A DNA stretch of 64,000 bases, taken from positions 2,208,001 through 2,272,000 of the forward strand of contig OZ219753.1 of the NCBI GenBank assembly GCA_964291315.2, given 5' to 3'. The notes beneath the pieces were generated by a model, which was not told where the DNA came from, ran no database searches, and saw only the letters and a program-made list of their open reading frames with translations. The position numbers and the translations under genes were made by a program. Numbering within the stretch: position 1 is the stretch's first letter; the number at the start of each line of letters is the position of its first letter. The stretch is from Candidatus Poribacteria bacterium (GTDB lineage: Bacteria > Poribacteria > WGA-4E > WGA-3G). Of this stretch, positions 9,561 through 19,019 are shown piece after piece.

Positions 9561-11225
9561 ATGATGATTTTACGCAGTTTATTAGTCATTTGCTTTGTAA
9601 TGTTTGCCACGGCACTTTCTACAGCAGAAGCGGCTTCGCTGATCAATGTGCCCCTGAAGTCAGAAGTCTCTGACTTTAATCGTGAAACTTATCGCTTTAT
9701 CCATCGTTTACTTAACAAACGGGTGTTGCCCGGCATATCGCGCGGGTCGTTACCTTTCACTCGTAAGCAGGTTGTATCCTATCTACTGAAGGTGCATCAG
9801 AAACAGGAATCTGGCGAAATTGTATTGAGCCCCATAGATCGGGAGCGAATGCGCGCGCTGCTAGCGTTTTATCGAGAATCTTACAATTTTTCAAAAACCG
9901 AGAGCCAAGGGTCGACACAAATTCGGCAGAACAGCCGGTTGCACCTGATGACACTGACAGGAGAGGACTACCGTTTTTCCTTCGATCTAAGGGGTTCACA
10001 GCAGGTTATCACGCACCTCATAGATAACCTCTCAGATGAACAACCTGTTGAAGGGAACATGCTCGTTACGACCTTCTACCCACATCTCTACGGACAGGTA
10101 GGGGAAACGTTTGCTTTTACCACCGATATAGCACATAGATTCGTATACGGTGAAATTTTTGACGATTTTTTTCCTGATGAAACAAAAATTAGGCAATTGG
10201 AGGGCAGCCTTAAAAATAGAACAGCGATCAACGCTTACCTGAAATTTAACTTGCCTTGGTTTGAGCTGCAGCTGGGACAAGACACGCTTCAATGGGGCCC
10301 CGGCTACTACGATAGCCTGTTGATTTCTAGAAATCCGCTAGCTATGGACATGATCAAGTTGCAAGCCGAGTATAAATCTGTCACCTTTAGTGCATTTACC
10401 GGTATATTAGAAGACATGGCGACAGACATCAACGACAAGTATATTTCGGGACACAGGGTTGAAGGGTATTTCTGGGACAGGTTCGGCTTTGGCATCTCCG
10501 AAGTTGTCGTCTACGGCAACCGCTTCGAGCCAGGCTATCTCAACCCGGTCAATATCTACCTCATCAACGAGCAGCCGATTTCACGGGCGGATGGTCGTGT
10601 TGATGGGAGCGGCGACAACGTTCTCATGAGCGTTGATATGAGGCTCCGGCCTACAGACGATTTTGAAATCTACGGCGAACTGATGGTTGACGATGGGAAT
10701 CCGGCTGCGAATTTCAAACACTGGGACACAAAATTCGGTATCCTTGGCGGCATATATCTAACGGATCCGTTTGGTATCAAAGATACCGATTTCCATGCTG
10801 AGTACGCTTTTATCAACCAATACGCGTATACGCATGTAAATCCAGTCAATGTCTATAAACATTTTACCACACCGATTGGACATCAGATCGGTTCCGATGC
10901 TGACAACCTATGGTTAGAACTACGCCGCCGTTGGACGAATAGACTAGAAACGGTTTTCGGTTATGAATTAGAGCGGCATGGTTCGGGCAACATTGATAAG
11001 GAACACCCTGCAGATGCTCCAAACGATGATATATGGACCCCGTTGTCCGGGGTTACAGCAGGTGAGCATCGTCTGTCAGTTGGGGTGAATTGGGTTGTCA
11101 TTGGGAAGTATTCGCTCTATGCAGAATGGGTGCGTGTCTGGCGGCAGAACCTAGGAAATCGCTGGGACGTATACGAAAACGGAAATGAAGTCGAGGCTAA
11201 ATTCCTCACCCGCATTCCATGGTAG
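9561..11225 (+). CDS. Capsule assembly Wzi-family outer-membrane protein
   Basis: Signal peptide, LGQDTLQWGPG..SLLISRN, GHRVE, SEVVVYG, YGELMVDD and IGHQIGSDA motifs, and a C-terminal aromatic residue. Confidence 0.8.
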   Translation: MMILRSLLVICFVMFATALSTAEAASLINVPLKSEVSDFNRETYRFIHRLLNKRVLPGISRGSLPFTRKQVVSYLLKVHQKQESGEIVLSPIDRERMRALLAFYRESYNFSKTESQGSTQIRQNSRLHLMTLTGEDYRFSFDLRGSQQVITHLIDNLSDEQPVEGNMLVTTFYPHLYGQVGETFAFTTDIAHRFVYGEIFDDFFPDETKIRQLEGSLKNRTAINAYLKFNLPWFELQLGQDTLQWGPGYYDSLLISRNPLAMDMIKLQAEYKSVTFSAFTGILEDMATDINDKYISGHRVEGYFWDRFGFGISEVVVYGNRFEPGYLNPVNIYLINEQPISRADGRVDGSGDNVLMSVDMRLRPTDDFEIYGELMVDDGNPAANFKHWDTKFGILGGIYLTDPFGIKDTDFHAEYAFINQYAYTHVNPVNVYKHFTTPIGHQIGSDADNLWLELRRRWTNRLETVFGYELERHGSGNIDKEHPADAPNDDIWTPLSGVTAGEHRLSVGVNWVVIGKYSLYAEWVRVWRQNLGNRWDVYENGNEVEAKFLTRIPW

Positions 11226-11335
11226 ATTTGAATCGCGAGTTTAGATTTGCAAGCTGCGGAAAAAATGAAGTTTTATAGACGCTGGATCATCAAAGGGCCT
11301 GAAGTGTTGCATATAGGGTGTCCGTAAAAAGAAAT

Positions 11336-11364
11336 TGGACTTTTAGGCTTAAAATAGGTATAAT
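11336..11364 (+). promoter_or_regulatory. Sigma70-like promoter for the glycosyltransferase genes
   Basis: TGGACT-17 bp-TATAAT. Confidence 0.5.
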
Positions 11365-11374
11365 ATATAAGGGG

Positions 11375-11583
11375 TTTCGGTTATCGGAATCTCAGCAAAA
11401 AAGGGACTCTGTAGTAACAGTTCGCGGTTTTTTAGTGTGCACCAAGTTCGGATAGATCTTTAATGTAAGTTCAACAAAGGAAAGTGGGTTCTCTATCCAC
11501 TTCAAATCGATGTCCCACATAGCATTGTGTTATTCTTATACCGAACACATATTTCTTAAAAAGTGCCTCTTAACTAACAGCTA
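11375..11583. repeat. Heptamer-ended intergenic element
   Basis: Left end TTTCGGTTATCGG and right end CCTCTTAACTAACAGCTA match the ends of the 62320 element. Confidence 0.5.
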
Positions 11584-11603
11584 TTAATGAGGTAACAATA
11601 AGA

Positions 11604-12722
11604 ATGAGAATTCGGGTATTGGGTATACGGGGGCTGCCTGCCACCTATAGTGGTCTAGAGACCATCATGGGTGAGCTCGCCCCGCGCTGGGTAGAGGCCG
11701 GACATGAAGTTATTGTCTATTGCCGTAAGGCACTCTTCAAAGAGAGGCTACCGGAATGGAAAGGCATCAAACTTATTTACCTTCCCAGTATAGAGCATAA
11801 GATGTTCAGTACCCTGAGCCACAGTTTTCTTGCAAGCCTGCACGCCTCCTTTGCAGCGTCCGATGTCATTTTAACGTGGAACGCAGGTAACGGGCCCTTC
11901 GGATGGCTCTTCCGTATCACGGGCAAAACTGCCGCTATCAATGTGGATGGAATGGAATGGTTACGGCCAAAATGGAAAGGACTCGGTGCCCTCTATTTCA
12001 AATGGGCCGCAAAAATGGCGACAGCTGCGTTTCCAGTTGTGATTACTGACGCATCTGAAATGAAGCGGCTCTATCTCGAAGAACTCGGCGCGGAAACAAC
12101 TTATATTGCTTACGGTGCGAACATTGAGCCCTCAGAACATCCAGAAATTTTGGAGACCTACGGGCTTAAGCCTCGAAATTACTATCTTGTCGCCAGCCGG
12201 CTGGTCCCAGACAACAATGCCGACTTAATTTTAGAGGCATTTGTTGCCTCCAAAACCCAAAAGCAACTTGCTATAGCCGGAGGTGCTGACTACAAAGGCA
12301 ATAAACTCGAAAACGAATTCTTAGATAAATTGAAAAGTATCGCCAGCGAAAACGTCAAGTTTCTCGGGCACATCGATAATTCCGGACATATTAAAGAACT
12401 TCACCATCACTGTTTCGCCTATATTCACGGTCACCAGTTTGGAGGCATCAACCCTTCTATTCTCAAAGCGTTGGGCTTCTCCAACTGTATTCTAGCCCTG
12501 AATACACCTTTCAACGATGAAGTGCTTGAAGGCGGACATTACGGCGTACTCTTTGACAAAGATGTTGACGCATTGAAAGAGAAAATTCTAGCGTTAGAAC
12601 AAAACCCAGGGAAGGTTGAAGATTTTCGACATCGCGCCCCGGAACAGATACGCAAACGCTTCAATTGGGAAAACATCGCCCAACAATACCTTGATGTGTT
12701 TGAACAACTTCAGCAGAACTAA
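11604..12722 (+). CDS. GT4 glycosyltransferase (DUF1972-type N-terminus)
   Basis: GIRGLPATYSGLET, INVDGMEW.R.KW, YIAYGA and GHQFGGINPSILKAL motifs. Confidence 0.88.
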   Translation: MRIRVLGIRGLPATYSGLETIMGELAPRWVEAGHEVIVYCRKALFKERLPEWKGIKLIYLPSIEHKMFSTLSHSFLASLHASFAASDVILTWNAGNGPFGWLFRITGKTAAINVDGMEWLRPKWKGLGALYFKWAAKMATAAFPVVITDASEMKRLYLEELGAETTYIAYGANIEPSEHPEILETYGLKPRNYYLVASRLVPDNNADLILEAFVASKTQKQLAIAGGADYKGNKLENEFLDKLKSIASENVKFLGHIDNSGHIKELHHHCFAYIHGHQFGGINPSILKALGFSNCILALNTPFNDEVLEGGHYGVLFDKDVDALKEKILALEQNPGKVEDFRHRAPEQIRKRFNWENIAQQYLDVFEQLQQN

Positions 12723-12848
12723 GATTTGCTCGAAATCGAGGCATCCGAATTTAGTTAGTACAAAAAATCCTGATTGCGAAGTTTTAGAAGTTTCGTTAGG
12801 GAAGCCCAAACTACATCGAATATTATATTCTAATTAAGGGAATTGACC

Positions 12849-13565
12849 ATGCCATTCCTATCAAGAAACATAGGCCGGATAGGAAACGACGCGGACGAGG
12901 AGCAGATGCATCGGGATAAAGGCTCAACAGCAAGTTTTGGCTTGCAGGCTTCGCCAAAAATACGAAAAACAGGAACTCCAGTGGAACGACTCTCTTCCTT
13001 CTATGCGACGCATGGCAAGTATTTGTTTGATACTATCGCGGCATTTTTCCTCATCATTCTTTTTTCTCCTTTGATGATGCTGATTGCTATATTGATTAAA
13101 TGCACCTCACGAGGGCCCATTTTCTTCTCTCACAAGCGCGTCGGGATAAACAACGAGCTGTTTGTCATCTACAAGTTTCGGAGTTTGCATATGGACACTC
13201 CGTCTTACTCAGAAAAGCCCGGTTCAACAGACGATAAACGTATTGCACCGTTTGGCAAATGGCTCCGTAAGACGAGCTTAGATGAACTCCCGCAGCTTTT
13301 CAACGTCCTCAAGGGTGAAATGAGCCTCGTTGGCCCACGCCCAGAGATGCCCTTTCTTGCAGAAGACTATGAGGATTGGGAAAATCAGCGCCACCTCGTT
13401 CGACCAGGAATGACAGGGCTCTGGCAACTCAGCCCACGCCGGCAAGGCACAATCCGAGAGGGCATCCCTGTTGACCTCGAATACATCGAAACTTTCTCTT
13501 TCTGGAACGATTTCAAAATACTGATTCGTACTTTCAAAGTTTTTTGGGACAACAACACCTACTAA
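12849..13565 (+). CDS. Bacterial sugar transferase (priming phosphoglycosyl transferase)
   Basis: [33 protein letters not shown] and PGMTGLWQ motifs. ATG 12849 is better spaced from the SD than TTG 12843. Confidence 0.93.
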   Translation: MPFLSRNIGRIGNDADEEQMHRDKGSTASFGLQASPKIRKTGTPVERLSSFYATHGKYLFDTIAAFFLIILFSPLMMLIAILIKCTSRGPIFFSHKRVGINNELFVIYKFRSLHMDTPSYSEKPGSTDDKRIAPFGKWLRKTSLDELPQLFNVLKGEMSLVGPRPEMPFLAEDYEDWENQRHLVRPGMTGLWQLSPRRQGTIREGIPVDLEYIETFSFWNDFKILIRTFKVFWDNNTY

Positions 13566-13573
13566 ATCGCTCC

Positions 13574-13927
13574 ATGAAGCTCAGTAAAAACCTTGCTCGA
13601 ACGCTGCGGTGCAGCTTTCGGTTGAAATGTCCACAGTGTGGCAAAGGTGCCCTGTTTCAAACGTTTTTCAAAATGTTTTCCCGCTGCGCGCAGTGCGACT
13701 TGAAGTTTGAACGGGAGCCAGGTTATTTTATCGGTGCAATGTACCTTAACTATGGCACAACTGTCGTCATCGCGTTTACGTGTTACTTCCTCACTGAAAA
13801 GTTCACTAATATTCCTTACTTCTTAAATCTAAGCGTCTGGGGCATCTTTTCCGCCCTATTTCCGATTATTTTCTACCGCTATTCAAAGAGTCTGTGGCTT
13901 AACTTCGATCACCTGTTTTCTCCATAG
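13574..13927 (+). CDS. DUF983-family small membrane protein
   Basis: KCPQCGKGALF...RCAQC...EPGYFIGAMY followed by two TM segments. Confidence 0.8.
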   Translation: MKLSKNLARTLRCSFRLKCPQCGKGALFQTFFKMFSRCAQCDLKFEREPGYFIGAMYLNYGTTVVIAFTCYFLTEKFTNIPYFLNLSVWGIFSALFPIIFYRYSKSLWLNFDHLFSP

Positions 13928-13983
13928 ATCCAACGTATAAAAAGCGATGCGCGTTGTGCGTCGTACCTCTGAAGAGACTGTAT

Positions 13984-14736
13984 TTATCTTGTGAAAATTT
14001 GCCCGCGTGTATATGAAGCCGCATCAGATGCTAGGAATGTAAGTACACGTGCAACACCTGCAGGATCTCCGAGCAATTTGCGAGCAGTGGCGACAGCAGC
14101 AGCTGGGTCTCGTCCTTCGCGCCTTGCTGATTCTGCGATCTGTCCTAATTTCAACGGAGTCGCGAGTCCACCCGGACAGATGGTATGAATACGGATACCC
14201 ATTGGGGATATCTGATTTTCTATGACCATCACAAGCCCATTGACTCCACCTTTGCTAGAGCCGTAAGCAACTGAAGAACTCCCTCCGCGAACCCCGGCGC
14301 TTGACGCAATACATAGGATAACACCGCCACCACATCTGTTCATTATCGGCACAGCATGCTTAAGAGCGAAAAAGGTGCCTTTAAGGTTTACGTCGATAAC
14401 CGAATCAAAAGTTGCTGTCTCAAACTCGTCAATGCGGATGCCCGGTCCACGCAGGACCCCCGCTGCGGTTACCAAAACATGAATCCCGCCAAACTCTGCG
14501 TCAGCGGTTTTCATCAGGTCCTCTACTGCAGTTTCGCGAGTGACATCGGTGCATAGGAATTTGGCGATACCTCCTTCTTGACGAATTGCGCTGACTGTTT
14601 CTTCAGCGTCTGCCTCATTAATATCACCGAGGACAACTTTCGCGCCTGCTTTGGCATATGCAATTGCCGTTGCAGCACCAATGCCAGTTGCTCCGCCAGT
14701 AATCACAGTGACTTTATCATTGAGTCGAATATCCAT
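13984..14736 (-). CDS. Classical SDR oxidoreductase
   Basis: TGGATGIG, VNLKG, YGSSK (YxxxK) and ICPG motifs. Confidence 0.92.
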   Translation of the reverse strand: MDIRLNDKVTVITGGATGIGAATAIAYAKAGAKVVLGDINEADAEETVSAIRQEGGIAKFLCTDVTRETAVEDLMKTADAEFGGIHVLVTAAGVLRGPGIRIDEFETATFDSVIDVNLKGTFFALKHAVPIMNRCGGGVILCIASSAGVRGGSSSVAYGSSKGGVNGLVMVIENQISPMGIRIHTICPGGLATPLKLGQIAESARREGRDPAAAVATARKLLGDPAGVARVLTFLASDAASYTRGQIFTR

Positions 14737-14777
14737 ATTTTTTATCTCCGGCGCACTACTTAGATTTGTTAAAAAAG

Positions 14778-14806
14778 ATTATAAGTGGAATATGTCTACA
14801 ACGCAA
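14778..14806 (-). promoter_or_regulatory. Sigma70-like promoter for the SDR gene
   Basis: The minus strand reads TTGCGT-17 bp-TATAAT. Confidence 0.55.
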
Positions 14807-14917
14807 GCCTTTTCGGCTCCCTTCCAGCACGGGGACGGTTAGAATAACGATTGCCGTTTTAGGAACTGGATTCCCCACAATGCCGGGGCCGACCTTCGCT
14901 ATCGTTGAAAAAGAGTG

Positions 14918-14946
14918 TTGCGTTTAAAGTTCAAATAGCGTATAAT
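14918..14946 (+). promoter_or_regulatory. Sigma70-like promoter with no convincing downstream ORF
   Basis: TTGCGT-17 bp-TATAAT. Confidence 0.5.
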
Positions 14947-15126
14947 TGACGCGATTTTGATAATTATTTGGTTCATCTTTGGATAAAGAAGCACTTGCAC
15001 AGCAGAACAGGTTGTGTGAGAAGCGCCGAAGCGGCAAAGATCACATTCTATGCTACAAGCGCCTTGCAGGGGCATCGAACGGGTTATTGGACATCCCGAA
15101 CTCTTTTTTCAAACTCACGTTATAGC

Positions 15127-15166
15127 AAGGTTACTACATCTTCATTAAGGTTACTACATCTTCATT
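15127..15166. repeat. Perfect 20-bp tandem duplication
   Basis: AAGGTTACTACATCTTCATT occurs twice in tandem. Confidence 0.95.
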
Positions 15167-15352
15167 AATGTATATTGTATCACTCTTCAGCAAAATAGAC
15201 GAATTTTTTCTTGCATATCGGAGAAAGCGCCCCCTAGCGGAGAGGTGCGGTCGTTTGTGAGGTCTGCATCCGAGCGAGATCGTCTATTCTCTATCTGACA
15301 TTTTAGGGGATGATAGTCAAAAAGGTGTCCCCAATTTTTTTTACTAAAAAAC

Positions 15353-15395
15353 TTGACATGAGGTGCGTTTTAAGATATACTATTAATATATCTTA
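15353..15395 (+). promoter_or_regulatory. Consensus sigma70 promoter with an overlapping palindromic operator-like site
   Basis: TTGACA-17 bp-TATACT (15353-15381). The inverted repeat TAAGATATA-N7-TATATCTTA (15371-15395) covers the -10 box. Confidence 0.7.
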
Positions 15396-15711
15396 GAAAA
15401 TATAGGACGAAATAGTCGGGAAGTGAATTTGTAATCTATGCGACATATGAAATCTTTGGACACTTTCGCCAGAATTAGGAAGTCAGAGAGGCTTAGCCTG
15501 CTCTTGGACATTCAGTGCTCGTTATATTGTCTAAGCTCTGTTGTTGTGGTTGTTAGCGATTACCCCCCCCGCTCCACGCACAGTAAGTATTATATCCGCT
15601 TTATCACAAAATATACCGTCGCTCCACCGCCTCTCATTTTGTCTATATTTAACATAAGCATAAGAAAGAAACATATATCTGTGTATCTTCACAGATAAAA
15701 GGAGAAACAAC

Positions 15712-18480
15712 ATGCGAAGAACAGTATTGGCTTTGTCCACACTCGCCGTGCTTATATTTGTGAGCGTTCCGTTCGCGGCAGCAGAATGGCAAGAGAACCT
15801 GGTAACCAATAACACACTCGAAGAGATCTATGTGATCAAGAGCACGTGGCAGGCAGCGAATAGCAACAAAGGCATCCCCGCAGGGTTCTGGACGCGCGGC
15901 TCCTACCGGCTTGATCCTGGGAAGTCCAGAGTGTTCTATTCCTGGGACACTAACAGTATCTATTTCCGTATTTCAAACGCAGATGGTGCGATAAAAGCGA
16001 ATAGCGGCACGACGGCTTCTGCGTTCTGGTCTCATCCGAAGCGCTCCTTCCGCGTCGTCTCACAGACGCTCGATACCTCTGTGACGACAGATCAGCTGCT
16101 TTACTCGGATCGTCCGAACAATCAGTTGGTTCAATTAGAGGGATTTGTCAGCTATACGGGTGGCTCCGCAGTGGTTGTCACTCCGGAGTGGGTGTCGCTA
16201 GATGGGCAGCCGACTGCTCCGCCGAATGACGAACTCGGAGACGATGGGGGTCGGCCTGGTGAAGATGTTGCTCCGCCTGCGTGGGTAGCGAGTGTGATAA
16301 CAAATGCCACGGAAGCCGATCTATATGTAGTCTACGCGACGTGGAAGCTGGAGAACTCGAAGAAAGGTTATCCGGAGGGGTTTCGGACGCGCGGCACGTA
16401 TCGCATTCGTCCAGGGAAGGGGCGCGTGTTTCATTCATGGGCGGATAACGAGATATACTACCGCATCGCAAACACACAAGGTGCGTTAAAACCGGAGGCG
16501 AGTTCGGAGACGTTTGGGTTCTGGTTGCATCCGAGTCGTTCGTTTCGGCTGGTCTCGGATCAAGTAGCTGCGACAGTAGAGAGATCGGGTCTGAGCTACT
16601 CGGATCGTTCGACGGCGAAGTTAGTGCAGTCGGATGGTTTTATGGTATATGAGAGCGGTTCTGACGTGGTAGTGACTGCTGATTGGGTACCGGTAGTGCC
16701 AGTAGATGATGGGAACGGTGGTAACGGGAATGACGTTGAAGATGGTACTCCAGTGCCGCCCGAAACGCCAACGCCTCCAACGCCGCCCACGTCTCCGGTA
16801 ATTCCTGTGGCACCTGCGGGCATGGTTTTAATCCCTGCTGGCAGCCTTGAGATAACAGGCACATATGAGAAGACGGTATCGTTAGATGCGTTTTATATGG
16901 ATAAGTACGAAGTGACGAACGCGGAGTATGCTGCATTTCTGAACGCGAAGGGCAGACACGCTGTTCCGGGGCTCCATAGGGACGAATACAGCGATACGGG
17001 TCAGCGGTGGATAGATATGGAGGAGGATTCTGGTGTTCGCATTGAACTGGTAAATGGAAGCTATCGTGTGAAGGCGGGTTATGAGAATCACCCGGTCACT
17101 CATGTGAGTTGGCATGGTGCGATGGTTTATGCTGCGTGGGCAGGCAAACGGCTGCCGACGGAATCGGAGTGGGAGTATGCTTCACGCGGTGGCAAGTCGA
17201 AGCGTTCGTATTCTCCGTCGGGCGACACGTTTCAAGTTATCACGACAGCGGTAGGGAGTTATGCTGCGAACGGTTACGGTGTCTATGATATGGCTAGGAA
17301 TGTCCACGAGTGGTGTCTCGATGCACACACTGCATATTTCGATGGCACTTTCTATGCAGTTCCCCCCAAACATTCGGCATCGGCTAACAAACATTCGATA
17401 TCGGCTCCAAATCTAAACAGTTTCCAATGGTTAGTAGCTAACTATGAAAGTCTTAGAAATAGTTACCCATTTAATGTAGGGCATCGCATCTTACGCGGCT
17501 CAACTCCCTACATCCCTTGGGGTGAGGTTTACGTACCCAGAGCAAATATATGGGTCGGCGGTCGCAAAGGTATTGCTGCTGGGAGAGTGGATTCCACCAA
17601 TGGTTTTCGTTGTGTGAAGTCTGTGTCTCCGGCACCTGCTAATACTGGTACACCAACGCCTCCGAAAACCCCAATGCTGGCCAAAACGCCGCCGCCTCCA
17701 AAAACCTCCGACGTTCCTGCAGGCATGGTGCTGATCCCAGCGGGTAAATTTCAGATGGGGCCCGTCTTGATTGACGGGAGCAGGAGTGGCCAGCTAGATG
17801 AATTTCCCGATCACCCGGTATCGTTGGATGCGTTTTATATGGATACGCATGAGGTGACGAACGCAGAATACGCGGCGTTCCTCAATGCGAAAGGCAAACA
17901 TTCAGATGCTGGCAAGACCTGGTTGGATCTCACAGATTCTGACACGCGCATTGTGTTAGTAGACGGAGCGTATAGTGCGAAAGCAGGCTATGCGAATCAT
18001 CCTGTTGTTCGGGTGAGTTGGTATGGTGCGATGGCTTATGCTGCGTGGGCAGGCAAGAAACTGCCGACCGAGGCACAGTGGGAATATGCTGCACGCGGTG
18101 GGTTAGCCGGTAAGCTATACCCCTGGGGCAACACAATAGATACAACCAGGGCCAACCACGGTAGGAACACCGGTGGAACTACGGCAGTCGGCAGCTATGC
18201 TGCGAACGACTACGGTCTCTATGACATGGCAGGCAATGTATTTGAGTGGTGTCTGGATGCGTATGAAGCTTACATCTATAGGAACAGGCATTCTCTTGTC
18301 CATAATCCGTCGCCCGGTGCTGACGGTGACACGATGCATGACTATACGCCTCGCGTCTTGCGGAGTGGTTCATATTTGTATTCAGCATTTGATCTACGTA
18401 TATCGAATCGGGGCTATAGTTATCCGATGAGTACGGGTGGCGATCTCGGTTTTCGGTGTGTGAAACCTGCGTCTCCGTAA
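15712..18480 (+). CDS. Secreted protein: two repeated DUF1036-like N-terminal domains plus two FGE-sulfatase (SUMF1/C-type-lectin fold) domains
   Basis: SD AAGGAG and signal peptide. Two copies of NxT..IYV...W...RG.YR..PG. Two copies of GMVLIPAG/EVTNAEY/LPTEx(E/Q)WEYA/GFRCV, joined by Pro-rich linkers. Confidence 0.88.
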   Translation: MRRTVLALSTLAVLIFVSVPFAAAEWQENLVTNNTLEEIYVIKSTWQAANSNKGIPAGFWTRGSYRLDPGKSRVFYSWDTNSIYFRISNADGAIKANSGTTASAFWSHPKRSFRVVSQTLDTSVTTDQLLYSDRPNNQLVQLEGFVSYTGGSAVVVTPEWVSLDGQPTAPPNDELGDDGGRPGEDVAPPAWVASVITNATEADLYVVYATWKLENSKKGYPEGFRTRGTYRIRPGKGRVFHSWADNEIYYRIANTQGALKPEASSETFGFWLHPSRSFRLVSDQVAATVERSGLSYSDRSTAKLVQSDGFMVYESGSDVVVTADWVPVVPVDDGNGGNGNDVEDGTPVPPETPTPPTPPTSPVIPVAPAGMVLIPAGSLEITGTYEKTVSLDAFYMDKYEVTNAEYAAFLNAKGRHAVPGLHRDEYSDTGQRWIDMEEDSGVRIELVNGSYRVKAGYENHPVTHVSWHGAMVYAAWAGKRLPTESEWEYASRGGKSKRSYSPSGDTFQVITTAVGSYAANGYGVYDMARNVHEWCLDAHTAYFDGTFYAVPPKHSASANKHSISAPNLNSFQWLVANYESLRNSYPFNVGHRILRGSTPYIPWGEVYVPRANIWVGGRKGIAAGRVDSTNGFRCVKSVSPAPANTGTPTPPKTPMLAKTPPPPKTSDVPAGMVLIPAGKFQMGPVLIDGSRSGQLDEFPDHPVSLDAFYMDTHEVTNAEYAAFLNAKGKHSDAGKTWLDLTDSDTRIVLVDGAYSAKAGYANHPVVRVSWYGAMAYAAWAGKKLPTEAQWEYAARGGLAGKLYPWGNTIDTTRANHGRNTGGTTAVGSYAANDYGLYDMAGNVFEWCLDAYEAYIYRNRHSLVHNPSPGADGDTMHDYTPRVLRSGSYLYSAFDLRISNRGYSYPMSTGGDLGFRCVKPASP

Positions 18481-18539
18481 AGCTTCGTTGCCGAATGCGT
18501 TTTATCTTGAGATAAATCGCTGAAAGGCAGTGAAGATAC

Positions 18540-18593
18540 AAAAAAGGGCGTGATAGCTAGTAGAACCTCCTGCACGGCTATTACGCCCTTTTT
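18540..18593. terminator. Hairpin terminator, potentially bidirectional
   Basis: AAAAAGGGCGTGATAGCT pairs with GGCTATTACGCCCTTTTT. Confidence 0.7.
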
Positions 18594-18633
18594 CTATTTT
18601 TGAGGGATCAAATCAAAACAGAGGGCACATCAC

Positions 18634-18714
18634 ATGGATTGGCAATTGGAAACAACCGTCTCCAACCAACAAGTTAAATTTTACAAAGATAACGGGTATC
18701 TCACATTCGGATGA
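18634..18714 (+). pseudogene. 5' remnant of a PhyH-family dioxygenase gene
   Basis: Purine-rich SD-like GAGGG, then MDWQLETTVSNQQVKFYKDNGYLTFG*. This resembles the PhyH N-terminus (compare QVDTFREKGFL at 59715 and FDLNGYL at 58103). Confidence 0.55.
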
Positions 18715-18765
18715 AAAGTAGGCGAAACTTATTTACCAGTAATAATGAACAATCAACTATGAAAA

Positions 18766-18876
18766 AAAACTTGACACATTAAATGGGTTTGTGATACCAT
18801 ATAATTACGTGTTAATCTGAAAAACCTGACACATTAAGTGGGTTTGTGGTATCATTAACTATGTGTTAGCTGGAAA
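18766..18876 (+). promoter_or_regulatory. Tandemly duplicated promoter (direct repeat with a period of about 55 bp)
   Basis: TTGACA-18-TACCAT (18771-18800) and CTGACA-18-TATCAT (18826-18855). Both have TGn extensions and near-identical spacers CATTAARTGGGTTTGTG. Confidence 0.75.
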
Positions 18877-19019
18877 AGCAGGTAAAATGTAAATAACCTG
18901 CTTAAAGATGACAAATAATAATGGACAACCGATTATGATGGGAAATCCATTTTAGTAAATTTCCTCCTCTACTTCCAGGTGAAAGTAGAGCGGAAGACGC
19001 AACAAAGGAGTATTTTCCG

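Noticed and set aside
15127-18876. CRISPR array from the 20-bp or 55-bp repeats
   Set aside because: Each has only two adjacent copies, with no unique spacers and no cas genes.
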